In this document: in pieces, positions 1 to 10,392 of the stretch
Layout of the letters: every line of letters starts with the position of its first letter
How positions within the stretch are numbered: position 1 is the first letter of the stretch
DNA from: an uncultured Thermoplasmatales archaeon
GTDB lineage: Archaea > Thermoplasmatota > E2 > DHVEG-1
Assembly: GCA_964638155.1 (NCBI GenBank)
Contig: CAZWYI010000008.1
Location: 4,787 to 68,786, forward strand
Length of the DNA: 64,000 nucleotides
Direction: 5' to 3'
Position numbers and translations under genes: made by a program
Notes under the pieces: model-generated
What the model was told of the DNA's origin: nothing
The model's input: only the letters and a program-made list of their open reading frames with translations
Databases searched by the model: none

Positions 1-2497
1 CAGCATGCATAAAAGCCTGTCCAATATTTATTCTAGGATCAATACCATCGATTTTACCACAAATACAACTCTCAAGCCACATAAAAGAAGGACCTAAATC
101 CATATTCTCAACAGATCTAGTAGTATAATCTCCAAGTCTTGCTAGATCGCCACCAGGCCCCATGAAACCTCCGAGTATAGGTACTATTGTTTTTTGTAAT
201 AAAAATTTTATAACTGGTCCACCTAATCCAGAAGCGGTGAGTTCATTTCCTGCCATTCCAAATAAGTGTTGATTACCATGACCATTTACAAATAAGAAAT
301 TACTATTTTCCATTATCTCTGCACCCTTTACAGCACCTTCACCAGCGATTTTTTTAACTTGATATTTACTAAAAAGTAGTTTGTTTAAAAGATTAGCCTG
401 TTTAATTTTATCTAATGCCTCATCGCTTAAACCTTCTTTACCAGCTGCTGCAAACATTGCCTTTTCAGATTTAAATTCTAATGGTTCAGCAACCTGATCA
501 ATTGTCCTATATCCAAGCATCTCCGTGTAACCATTTTCAAGTTTCATTGGTTCTCCACGCTTTATCATACCTAAGAGATCGCCGAAAATTAGATACCTAA
601 TAAAAGGCTTTTGAAAATCTTGGCCGCCACCAATTAAAAGACCAAAGTTTTCTTTCCATTCCTCCAGGTTTTCAATAATGTGATCATAAAAAACAGTACG
701 AGCTATAAGTGCACTTGCATCCTGTGAGTCCCAACCAGTTATTCTTCCTACAATATTTTCCATGTATGGATATTCGCCGCTGAATTTGTCTTGTGCTTTA
801 TTTGACCAATCGTATTTTACTGGATCGATATTACCATATATTACATCTGAAGGCGTACCTCCTCCAACATAATAAAGAGTATCATCAGTACCATCACCAT
901 CATAATCACCAAATGGTTCAACATGATTTTGATAAATATAGTTTGGAACACCTACTGCCCCACCTACTATTGAAATATATGTCGGGGATTCCTTGTAGTG
1001 CTCTGTGAGTATTTTTAAGTCTGTATTATCTTCCAGTTCAATTCCTGCAATTTTTGCAAGAATCTGATTTAAAGGGTCAATAATATTATCTTGTATATGT
1101 CTATTAGACGGTGGGACTAGTTTAGCATTACGGCGGGGCATAAAATAACCAGGACATGTTTCACCATCATCACTAAGAACATTATCATCTGCTGTAAAAG
1201 CAAAGGATTCCTTTGCAAAAACAAGGCCTTTATGATAAGCTGCAAGATAAGGAGCAAGACTAGAAAGATCTTTCATAAACTCATATTTTGGACTATCTAG
1301 TTTTTCAACAACAACATGACCTGAAACCGTCCCTTCCTTTTCAACTAACCAGGTACCTGTGGCACTAACTGTATATGTAACTCCACCACGATCATATAAC
1401 ACTGTTTCTGATTCTACCTTATCTGCTACTATTTGACCGCTTTTATCACGTTCTGGTACTCCGCTAGCTGAAGTACTTCCTCCAGCTAAAACCTCAAATT
1501 TTTGCAAAGTGATAGGTAAATCCTCAAGGTTTGCACCAATATCAAAAGTTGCTGCATCACCCATTGACTCTACATATTTTATGTCATGGTTGTAACCCTC
1601 AAATTTAACCAATGAGTACTTAAAATCTTCAGGAATTTCAAATTCCCAAGATGTTTTTGCTTGACCAGTTGACATAGCTATAGCAGTGTTTACAATTTGG
1701 CTCATTGACATGGATTTTATTGTCCTTTTTTCAAAGGATTTTTCATAAACATCTAACACTTTAGGTTTCCATGCATCCATTGGATTTGCAAGGACAATAT
1801 AATCTATTTCATAGTTTGCATCTACTTTTGTAAATTTATTTCTTAAAATTTCTATTGTTGAATCAAGTATTTCTTCTACTGTTTCAAACTTTAAAAAGCT
1901 GCCAAATCCTTCTAAATCTTCTCCACAAACAATTGTTTTTTCAACATCAAGTTTATCTAAAACTCTTGTTACATCATAATCCATTGCATCGGTCACAATT
2001 ATTGGTATTCCCAAGTATGATGCAATTGGTGCTGCAACAATTCCTAGTTCATAACCTGGTTTGTTATTTTCAATTATTAAGGCAGCATTACTACTTTCCC
2101 AGTATTTCTCTGCAAATTCCAATGAAACTTCTTTTGGAGATTTAGATCCATCTACCACTTCTTCTCCAAAAACACCCATTAAAGCCTTAGTTTTTTCTAC
2201 TGAGGTAGAACTTTTTGTCATATTTTTTACAAATAGTGGTATTACATTTTGTTCACATTCACTATCATAATGTACTGACACTGGCGTTGCAACAAGCGGA
2301 TAAAACGGACTTGCATCTGCAACAGTTATGCTCATCGGCAAATTATTTTCTTTTAAAATACCTGTGATTCTACTGAAATCTTCAACTTCTGCTTTTTTAG
2401 TTGTAACTTCTCCGTAATCATAGTAATAAACCCCAATAGAAGCGAGTACTAAAATTACTACACCTAATACAACTATTATCTTATCATTTTTCTTCAT
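1..2497 (-). CDS. Large membrane-anchored/secreted C25 (gingipain)-like cysteine peptidase; runs off the left edge of the window and is absent from the ORF track
   Basis: Manual translation from ATG at 2497 (GGGGAT RBS): MKKNDKIIVVLGVVILVLASIGVYYY. The frame stays open to position 2. It contains AAPIASYLGIPIIVTD (cell-wall-binding-2-like), VGRITG, FVNGHGN (catalytic His), WLESCICG (catalytic Cys) and IGQAFMHA. Confidence 0.75.
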   Translation of the reverse strand, partial: MKKNDKIIVVLGVVILVLASIGVYYYDYGEVTTKKAEVEDFSRITGILKENNLPMSITVADASPFYPLVATPVSVHYDSECEQNVIPLFVKNMTKSSTSVEKTKALMGVFGEEVVDGSKSPKEVSLEFAEKYWESSNAALIIENNKPGYELGIVAAPIASYLGIPIIVTDAMDYDVTRVLDKLDVEKTIVCGEDLEGFGSFLKFETVEEILDSTIEILRNKFTKVDANYEIDYIVLANPMDAWKPKVLDVYEKSFEKRTIKSMSMSQIVNTAIAMSTGQAKTSWEFEIPEDFKYSLVKFEGYNHDIKYVESMGDAATFDIGANLEDLPITLQKFEVLAGGSTSASGVPERDKSGQIVADKVESETVLYDRGGVTYTVSATGTWLVEKEGTVSGHVVVEKLDSPKYEFMKDLSSLAPYLAAYHKGLVFAKESFAFTADDNVLSDDGETCPGYFMPRRNAKLVPPSNRHIQDNIIDPLNQILAKIAGIELEDNTDLKILTEHYKESPTYISIVGGAVGVPNYIYQNHVEPFGDYDGDGTDDTLYYVGGGTPSDVIYGNIDPVKYDWSNKAQDKFSGEYPYMENIVGRITGWDSQDASALIARTVFYDHIIENLEEWKENFGLLIGGGQDFQKPFIRYLIFGDLLGMIKRGEPMKLENGYTEMLGYRTIDQVAEPLEFKSEKAMFAAAGKEGLSDEALDKIKQANLLNKLLFSKYQVKKIAGEGAVKGAEIMENSNFLFVNGHGNQHLFGMAGNELTASGLGGPVIKFLLQKTIVPILGGFMGPGGDLARLGDYTTRSVENMDLGPSFMWLESCICGKIDGIDPRINIGQAFMHA

Positions 2498-2723
2498 TAT
2501 TTTTATCCCCCGCATTATATAATACGTTATAGATTAGTATATTTACATCTTTCTATATAATATTTTCTATTTAAATTATATATATTTTTAGTAATTAAAT
2601 GTTATGGATTAATATATTTCTATTTAAAAATCCATATAATAAACATAATTTGTAAAATTTTTAATGCCAATACTTTTAATAAGCACAACTTTTATTACAA
2701 GAAAAATTTAAGGAGATTAAAAA

Positions 2724-3089
2724 ATGGCTGATGTAGAAATGTCAAAACAGTTACAAGACCAAATAAACAGATTACAACAAATGAGAAACCAACTTCAGAT
2801 GATTATGCAACAAAAGCAACAAGTGGAAATGAATCTAAGAGAAACAGAAGAAGCACTTGAAGAAATTGATAAAACAGGAGAAAAAACACCTATTTATAAA
2901 AGTGTTGGAGCAGTTCTTATTAAAACAAAAGGGAAAAAAGACATATTAAAACAATTAAAATCTGATAAAGAATCACTAGAACTTAGAAAAAACACTCTCC
3001 ATAAACAAGAAGGGAGAACAAAAGAAAAATTAAATGAACTGCAAAGCAAAGTCCAAAACGCATTAAATGTACCAGGAAACACGGCATAA
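2724..3089 (+). CDS. pfdB: Prefoldin beta subunit
   Basis: 121-aa coiled coil with the IYKSVGAVLIK hairpin; AGGAG RBS. Confidence 0.95.
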   Translation: MADVEMSKQLQDQINRLQQMRNQLQMIMQQKQQVEMNLRETEEALEEIDKTGEKTPIYKSVGAVLIKTKGKKDILKQLKSDKESLELRKNTLHKQEGRTKEKLNELQSKVQNALNVPGNTA

Positions 3090-3103
3090 AAAGTATAAAG
3101 ATT

Positions 3104-3427
3104 ATGTTTGAAAAAAAATATTTCTCAACAAAACATGATTTCAAAACAGGTTTATATTTTAAATTATGTTTTGTTATAGGAATGTTTTTACTTTCTATTT
3201 TTATTTTCTTAAAAATAATTTCTTTTTTAATAGAAGAAAACAGCATTGGCATTTTAAAAAGTTTATATGATTTTTCTCAAGGAACAACTACAGATTCAGT
3301 TGGTGCATTTTCTATTATATTCATTGCATTAGGATTTATCATATATTTCTTACATGTTCAATTTGTTAAACTCAACGAAATTGCAGAAGATATTAAAAAA
3401 AATCCGGAATACAACGATGAAAGATAA
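3104..3427 (+). CDS. Hypothetical membrane protein (2 TM)
   Basis: Two hydrophobic segments; starts 14 bp after pfdB. Confidence 0.6.
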   Translation: MFEKKYFSTKHDFKTGLYFKLCFVIGMFLLSIFIFLKIISFLIEENSIGILKSLYDFSQGTTTDSVGAFSIIFIALGFIIYFLHVQFVKLNEIAEDIKKNPEYNDER

Positions 3428-3428
3428 T

Positions 3429-4217
3429 TCACACACCATATCTTCTGTTTCTTTTTTGAAATGTTCTAATTGCTTTTAAAAAATCTCTTTTTTGAAATGC
3501 AGGCCAGTATACATCAGAAAAATATAGTTCAGAATAAGCAAGTTGCCACAACAAAAAATTTGATATTCTTTCCTCACCAGACGTTCTAAGAATTATATCT
3601 GGATCTGGTATACCATTTGTATATAAATATTTTGAAACAATTTCTTCTTTTATTTCATCTATTTCTATTTTATTTTCTTTTACATCCTCTGCAATTTTTT
3701 TAATAGCTTGAAGTATTTCTTCTCTACCGCCATAGGCTAATGCAATATTAAAAGAATATTTATCATACTTTTTTGTTTGATCCATAATATTTTCAGCAGA
3801 TTTTTTAATACTTTTTGGCAAAGAATCAAGATGGCCTAAAATTCTTACCTTTACCTTGTTTTTATGAATTCTTGAATCCTTTGATGCTTTATCCAATTCT
3901 TTTTTACATAAATCCATTAATGTTTTTACTTCATTATTTTTCCTACTAAAATTTTCTGTAGAAAAAGCATAAACTGTAAGGTTTTTTATTTTTAAGTCAA
4001 AGCACCATTGTAAAACTTCTTCTATCTTGTCTCTTCCAAACTCATGACCAGCAGTAGGCTTTAAGCCAAGCCCTTGGGCAAATCTTCTATTTCCATCCAT
4101 AATAATTGCCACATGTCTTGGAATAGAATTCTTCTTTGTTTCTTCCAAAAGTTTGTAATCTTTAAATTCTCTAATTTTTTTTGCGAAAAAATTGTAGATA
4201 TTTGATTTGTAAATCAT
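3429..4217 (-). CDS. uppS: cis-prenyltransferase (undecaprenyl-diphosphate synthase family); frame is open upstream to 4322
   Basis: HVAIIMDGNRR, YAFSTEN, RTSGEERISNFLLWQ motifs. Confidence 0.96.
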   Translation of the reverse strand: MIYKSNIYNFFAKKIREFKDYKLLEETKKNSIPRHVAIIMDGNRRFAQGLGLKPTAGHEFGRDKIEEVLQWCFDLKIKNLTVYAFSTENFSRKNNEVKTLMDLCKKELDKASKDSRIHKNKVKVRILGHLDSLPKSIKKSAENIMDQTKKYDKYSFNIALAYGGREEILQAIKKIAEDVKENKIEIDEIKEEIVSKYLYTNGIPDPDIILRTSGEERISNFLLWQLAYSELYFSDVYWPAFQKRDFLKAIRTFQKRNRRYGV

Positions 4218-4418
4218 TGCAGCAATTTTTCTTAAAGTATCACTTTTTATAGCATATTTTTCAATTTGATCTATTTTTTTTCCTGCGATTGTTTTTAGTG
4301 ATACTTTTGATTTTGTAATAGCCTATTTTCCTCCCGCAATATTATTTTTTTAAAAAATAGATAGATTACAAGTATTTATATTTTTGATAGCAAAACTATA
4401 TAATAGTTTAGAACAAGA

Positions 4419-4577
4419 CTATTCTTTGTTTTCTTTAACAAATTTTTTGATTTCTTCAATGTTTTCAACTATCAACTGTGCTTTTCTTAATCCAAATCTA
4501 AATGGATACGCGTCATTTTCATCTCTTTTTAATACAATTACAGGATTACCATTATATTCTTCTAATTCTACAGGCAT
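4419..4577 (-). CDS. Small 52-aa hypothetical protein missed by the ORF track
   Basis: MPVELEEYNGNPVIVLKRDENDAYPFRFGLRKAQLIVENIEEIKKFVKENKE; GGAGG RBS 10 nt upstream; TAG at 4419-4421. Confidence 0.8.
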   Translation of the reverse strand: MPVELEEYNGNPVIVLKRDENDAYPFRFGLRKAQLIVENIEEIKKFVKENKE

Positions 4578-4765
4578 TTTCTTTCAGCCTCCATACATGT
4601 GAAAGCATTTCATATATTAAACTGTTTATATTTTTTTATATAACTATTATTTGTTACTAAAAGTCTATAAAAAATCAAAAAGTTAAAGATTTTCAACTAT
4701 TGCTTCCAAAGTGTTTAAATACAAGAAGATGATATTCCGGTCCCTTAATTTACTTGGGTGATACA

Positions 4766-4987
4766 CTGGGAAATATAAGACCTACATTCATAAAAAACGT
4801 TGCAATTGAGCTGAATAGAATATATCCTGGGCAATTTAAAAACAATGATTTTCAGCATAATAAAGAGAAAGTTGAAGAGCTTACCGATGTAAAAAGTAAG
4901 GTTCTAAGAAACCGTATAGCAGGATATATTACTAGACGACTTGCAAGCAAAAATAAACCAACATCGGTTCAACCAAATTCTGAGTAA
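4766..4987 (+). CDS. rps17e: 30S ribosomal protein S17e (probable CTG start; track uses TTG at 4754)
   Basis: [23 protein letters not shown]; GGTGA RBS 4 nt before CTG. Confidence 0.95.
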   Translation: MGNIRPTFIKNVAIELNRIYPGQFKNNDFQHNKEKVEELTDVKSKVLRNRIAGYITRRLASKNKPTSVQPNSE

Positions 4988-5037
4988 CAACCCAAAATTT
5001 ATTTTAAAAGGGGGTTTTTCTTATTACAGGTGAGTCT

Positions 5038-5714
5038 ATAAAGAAAATACAAAAAGCAATTAAAGATCTGCAGAAAGGAAAATTTATTTTAATTTATGAT
5101 GATGATAAAAGAGAAGGAGAAACAGATCTAGTTATATCTTCAAAATTTGTAACACCAACATCGATAAAAACCATGAGAAAAGATGGTGGTGGTTTAATAT
5201 TTTTAATGACATCTAAAGAAGTAGCAGATAAACTAAAAATCCCATTTCTATCAGAGATGTACAAAAGTATTGACAACAAGTATCCAGTATTAAAAGAGCT
5301 TGTGCCAAATGATATACCATATGACACAAAATCTTCTTTTTCACTTTATATAAATCATAGAGACACCTATACCGGCATTACAGATAACGATCGAAGTCTT
5401 ACTATGAAAAAATTTTCTGAACTTACAAAAAAGATTCAAAACATAGATAATGGTACAGCGATAAAAATATTTGGATCTGAATTTCGATCACCCGGGCATG
5501 TTCCAATATGTGTTGCAGATAAAAAATTACTAGATAATAGAAAAGGTCATACTGAGCTTGTAATAAGTATGCTAAAGATGGCGGAACTTCCACCAGCAGG
5601 CAGTGGCTGTGAAATAATGGGCGATAGTGGTAAAGCCTTATCAAAAAAAGATTCAATAAAATATGCAGAAAAAAATGATTTAGTTTTTCTTGAAGGAAAA
5701 GAAATAATTGAGGC

Positions 5715-5736
<22 letters not shown>
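5038..5736 (+). CDS. ribB: 3,4-dihydroxy-2-butanone 4-phosphate synthase (probable ATA start; track starts at 5173)
   Basis: The in-frame upstream segment KKIQKAIKDLQKGKFILIYDDDKREGETDLV is the conserved N-terminus; FRSPGHV and GHTE motifs. Confidence 0.95.
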
Positions 5737-6646
<910 letters not shown>

Positions 6647-6663
6647 AAGGATGTGAAAATAGA

Positions 6664-7080
6664 ATGGTTGAAAAAAATATAAAAATTGGAGCTGTTGTAT
6701 CTGAGTTTAATTACGATATAACAATGATGATGTTAGAAAGAGCAAAGGAACATGCTGATTTTCTTGGAGCAGATATTACAAAAATTGTAAAAGTTCCTGG
6801 AGTATTTGATATGGGACTTGGAATTAAAAAACTACTAAAAGATAAATCAATTGATGGAGTTGTAGCACTTGGATGTGTAATAGAAGGTGAAACAGAGCAC
6901 GATGAACTAGTTATTTCTCACGCTACAAGAAAAATAGCTGATCTGGCACTTGACTATGATAAACCTGTTGGACTTGGGATATCTGGTCCAGGTATGACAA
7001 GACTTCAAGCAGAAGAAAGGATTGAAAGAGCAAAAGCAGCTGTTGAAGCAGTAGTAAAACTTCATAAAAATTTAAGTTGA
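6664..7080 (+). CDS. ribH: 6,7-dimethyl-8-ribityllumazine synthase
   Basis: VVSEFN, VPGVFD, GCVIEGETEHD. Confidence 0.95.
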   Translation: MVEKNIKIGAVVSEFNYDITMMMLERAKEHADFLGADITKIVKVPGVFDMGLGIKKLLKDKSIDGVVALGCVIEGETEHDELVISHATRKIADLALDYDKPVGLGISGPGMTRLQAEERIERAKAAVEAVVKLHKNLS

Positions 7081-7176
7081 TAAACAGAAAAATAATCTTT
7101 TTTTATCTTTCATTAACTAAAAATAATATGAAAAAATTTATATATAATTTTAAAATATAAGTTTTGAGGAAATAGA

Positions 7177-7611
7177 ATGAAAAAAAACAAAAAAGTAGCT
7201 ATCGGATTATGTCTTTTATTATTAGTATCAAGTGTATTCCTTTCAGGTTGCATTTCAAAAGTAAAAACTAATGAGGATTGGCGCCATAGTAAGAGATGCG
7301 AAAATGGTGTAATAATAAGTGGTTCAGCTCCTGAAAAATATGAGGGGCACGACTTAATAGAAGTAATGTTTGTTAGGGATACTAAACCCTGCGATAATTG
7401 GGAAGAATATGAGTACACAGTAGAAGATGAGGACATTATAAAGCAAAGAACATTTTCAAATACACGGTTCTTCGAAGGTGAAATATGCGGACTTAATATA
7501 TTTGAACCATTATACTTTAGAGCAGTTGCAAAATATAGGATTCAAGATGGAAGCGAAGAAGGATTAATTAAACCTGTTGAAGGAGAAGAAGTTTGCATTA
7601 CTTTAAATTAA
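7177..7611 (+). CDS. Putative lipoprotein
   Basis: Basic N-terminus, hydrophobic stretch, lipobox FLSGC. Confidence 0.7.
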   Translation: MKKNKKVAIGLCLLLLVSSVFLSGCISKVKTNEDWRHSKRCENGVIISGSAPEKYEGHDLIEVMFVRDTKPCDNWEEYEYTVEDEDIIKQRTFSNTRFFEGEICGLNIFEPLYFRAVAKYRIQDGSEEGLIKPVEGEEVCITLN

Positions 7612-7631
7612 AAAACTAATTAATTTAAAAC

Positions 7632-8168
7632 TTAGTCTTTTTTCTTATTTATCGATTTAAAAATCGAAGGAAGATGTATGGTATATGAACCATCTTTTTG
7701 AATAATAATAGGTTCATCTTCTAAAAGGCCTTTTAAATCTATTTTATATTTACCAGGTTTTTCAATATCTATTGTCTCAGGCTCCATAGATTCTTCAAGT
7801 GAAGACTGTATCTTTTCTAAAGCATTTTTTCTATAAGTATCATCAGTAATAATATCAATATTTTCTTTTTTATCTGGCTTGATTTGTTTTTCTTTAAGAT
7901 GTTTTTTCATTACCTTTTTGATATCTTTGGGTTTAATTTTTGCCCAATTTCCAGATTGATCAATAAAATTTTCGTCTCCACCTAGCATTTCCATAATAGC
8001 AGTATTAACATCTTTACCAACTTTTTTTGTAATATTTTCCCGCTCTTGTTCATCAAGTGGCTGTTTTGTATAAAAAAAACGATTCCCTCCACAATCTGGA
8101 CAACCCTTTAAAAGTTCGGAAGAACCTTCCTCGAATATATGTCCACATTTAAGACACTGGTGAGGCAT
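7632..8168 (-). CDS. oapC: Zn-ribbon protein OapC/ArvC
   Basis: MPHQCLKCG...GCPDCGGNRFFY; C-terminal GSYTIHLPS; third gene of the operon. Confidence 0.88.
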   Translation of the reverse strand: MPHQCLKCGHIFEEGSSELLKGCPDCGGNRFFYTKQPLDEQERENITKKVGKDVNTAIMEMLGGDENFIDQSGNWAKIKPKDIKKVMKKHLKEKQIKPDKKENIDIITDDTYRKNALEKIQSSLEESMEPETIDIEKPGKYKIDLKGLLEDEPIIIQKDGSYTIHLPSIFKSINKKKD

Positions 8169-8171
8169 TTA

Positions 8172-8549
8172 TTATTTAGCTCCTTTACCAGGTATAATCC
8201 TGGTTTGAATCATATCATCATCTTTTTTAACCATTTTTAGTAGATCAGCAGGACCAATAAGTGTCATCCGAGGTTTATTAGTTAGACCAAATATTTTTCT
8301 AATAAAAGAAGGACTGTCTTCGCCGTAGCCTTCCATCTCAAAACCAATGAAGGTATCTTGTTTTATCTCTTTCATAGTTTTTTCTATAAGATTGGCCTGC
8401 TCTATTGCAGTAAGGCCACTTTCCAAGACAAGGATTTTACCTTTTTTAACTTCTTTTATGATGAATTTAAGTTTTTCTTCGGCAGAAAAATTATCTAATT
8501 TATTTTTTGAAACAAGGTTAAAGGAAATGCCTTTGGTTTTTTTTGTCAT
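8172..8549 (-). CDS. oapB: DUF2073 protein OapB/ArvB
   Basis: ILVLESGLT, FIGFEMEGY, MTLIGPA. Confidence 0.88.
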   Translation of the reverse strand: MTKKTKGISFNLVSKNKLDNFSAEEKLKFIIKEVKKGKILVLESGLTAIEQANLIEKTMKEIKQDTFIGFEMEGYGEDSPSFIRKIFGLTNKPRMTLIGPADLLKMVKKDDDMIQTRIIPGKGAK

Positions 8550-8556
8550 TACACTT

Positions 8557-9213
8557 TTACCTCCGTTTTTTCTTCCGTTTTTTTCTAAAATGTTTCACCA
8601 TTGTAGTATATAAATTATCAGAATTATATCCAGTAAGAGCGCTTATTGGTATTACAGGATGCTGTGGAAAAGCAGATTTAAGTGTCGCAGGACTTGATTC
8701 TTCCATATCTATTTTATTTGCAGCTATAAGTACTGGCAGCTTTCTTGCTTCAAGATTTCCAAGTATAGTTACATTGACTTGAGTGAAAGGATCTTGTGTG
8801 GAGTCCATAACAAGTAAAACTCCATCAATATCTTCAAGCCACTTAATAGACTCAATAACGCCCTCAGTTGCCTCTTTAGCTCTTCTTTTAGACTCATCTT
8901 TAGATAAACCAAAGCTACTCATAAATTCTTTAAAATCAACTTTAGTTGAAATACCTGGAGTATCAACGATATCCATATAAAGAGATGAACTGCCATTATC
9001 AATTTTTACATCCTTTTTCCATTTAGCACGTCTTGTCTCATGTGGAATTTCAGACACACTACCCATGATATCACCAGTCCAATCACGTAAAATACGATTT
9101 GCAAGGGTAGTCTTTCCCACATTAGGAGGACCATAAATTCCAATTTTGGCATGCTTTTTCCCAAAAATTTTTTTGATAATAGAAGCCAATCTTATTCTAC
9201 TTAGTAATCCCAT
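8557..9213 (-). CDS. oapA: Small Era-like GTPase OapA/ArvA
   Basis: G1 GPPNVGKT, G2 HET, G3 DTPG, G4 NKID, G5 SAL; SKRRAKEATEGV. Confidence 0.92.
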   Translation of the reverse strand: MGLLSRIRLASIIKKIFGKKHAKIGIYGPPNVGKTTLANRILRDWTGDIMGSVSEIPHETRRAKWKKDVKIDNGSSSLYMDIVDTPGISTKVDFKEFMSSFGLSKDESKRRAKEATEGVIESIKWLEDIDGVLLVMDSTQDPFTQVNVTILGNLEARKLPVLIAANKIDMEESSPATLKSAFPQHPVIPISALTGYNSDNLYTTMVKHFRKKRKKKRR

Positions 9214-9419
9214 CCAATCATACCTCCTAGAAATTAGGTATTATAACAAAAAACAGTATTATTATAATAGTTTATTAGTTTAATGGTAATTTATTTTATT
9301 GTGCCAATCAAAATAAATTTGTTAAAAAGTTATTCATAGGAGTTATTTTTATGAAAATCCTTATATATCAACAAAGTCATTATTGATTCCCAGAAATAAT
9401 TCGGGAGGCATGATTATTA

Positions 9420-10379
9420 ATGACTGATGAAAATAATGTAGTTGAGGATTTGGGGAATTTGGATTCACTCAGACAGAAATTAATGACTGTTACAGATGAA
9501 ATAGATGCTATTAAGCATTCTTTTTCAAAAGGCACACAAGATCTTGACAGAATTCAGAATATGTTACATGTTGACAACATTGAAGAAATAAGCGGAGTTT
9601 TAGAAAAATTCGAATCAAGAGTACAACAAGCAGAACAGAAAAGAATGGAAGCAGCAGAAGGAGCAGAAAAATACAGTCAAGAACTAGAAAAAGAAAAAGA
9701 ACGTCTTGTAAAACTCTGGGATGCTTACAAAAACCAAGAAGAAGAACTTAGCGGCACCGAGAAAAAAATAAATGAATACGAAGAAAAACTAAGAGAAATG
9801 GATGCATCAAAAAAACAACTAGAAGATGACCTTACAGCAAGAGTTAATACTCTAAATAAAAAACTTGAAGAAAATAAAGAAAAAGCAGAAAAATTCGATG
9901 AATACAAACAAAAATACGAACAATATGAAAATACCAAAAATCAACTAGAAACTGAATTAGAAACACTTAAAGAAGAAAATCAAAACAAAGAAGAAACGAT
10001 AAACGATTTAAATAATAAACTTGAAAAAATGGAAGAAATGGAAAATTACGCCGAATACAAAGAAAAATACGAAGAGATAAATGCGGAATATGAAAAAGAA
10101 AAAGAAAGACTTACAAAACTTTATCAACTATATGAAGACACAGATAACGAATGCAAAAAACTACAAAAAGAAAATGAACAATGGGAAAACTGGTATAAAA
10201 ACAAAAAAGATGTTTTTAATCAATTATTCTCTGGATCTCCACCAATAGCAGGTGAAAATCCAAGTAATACAAAACCAAACGAAAACACAACCACAGAAGT
10301 AGAAATTGAAACGGTAAAAGACGAAACACCTGATGAAAACAAACCGAATAAAAAAAGAAAAGGTTTATTTAGAAAATAA
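9420..10379 (+). CDS. Long coiled-coil protein with a disordered tail
   Basis: E/K/Q heptads; duplicated EKEKERLxKL(W/Y)xxY; C-terminal KKRKGLFRK. Confidence 0.8.
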   Translation: MTDENNVVEDLGNLDSLRQKLMTVTDEIDAIKHSFSKGTQDLDRIQNMLHVDNIEEISGVLEKFESRVQQAEQKRMEAAEGAEKYSQELEKEKERLVKLWDAYKNQEEELSGTEKKINEYEEKLREMDASKKQLEDDLTARVNTLNKKLEENKEKAEKFDEYKQKYEQYENTKNQLETELETLKEENQNKEETINDLNNKLEKMEEMENYAEYKEKYEEINAEYEKEKERLTKLYQLYEDTDNECKKLQKENEQWENWYKNKKDVFNQLFSGSPPIAGENPSNTKPNENTTTEVEIETVKDETPDENKPNKKRKGLFRK

Positions 10380-10392
10380 TTAAATTTATTTT

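Noticed and set aside
2603-2636. 8-bp inverted repeat TATGGATT/AATCCATA in the divergent promoter region
   Set aside because: Single occurrence in very AT-rich DNA; not distinguishable from chance.
4320-4325. Pyrrolysine or other readthrough of the in-frame TAG upstream of uppS
   Set aside because: The TAG lies between the RBS and the coding region, with no upstream start; no pyl genes in the window.
9214-9419. Replication origin next to oapABC
   Set aside because: No ORB-like GTTCCAGTGGAAAC/G-string motif and no cdc6 visible.
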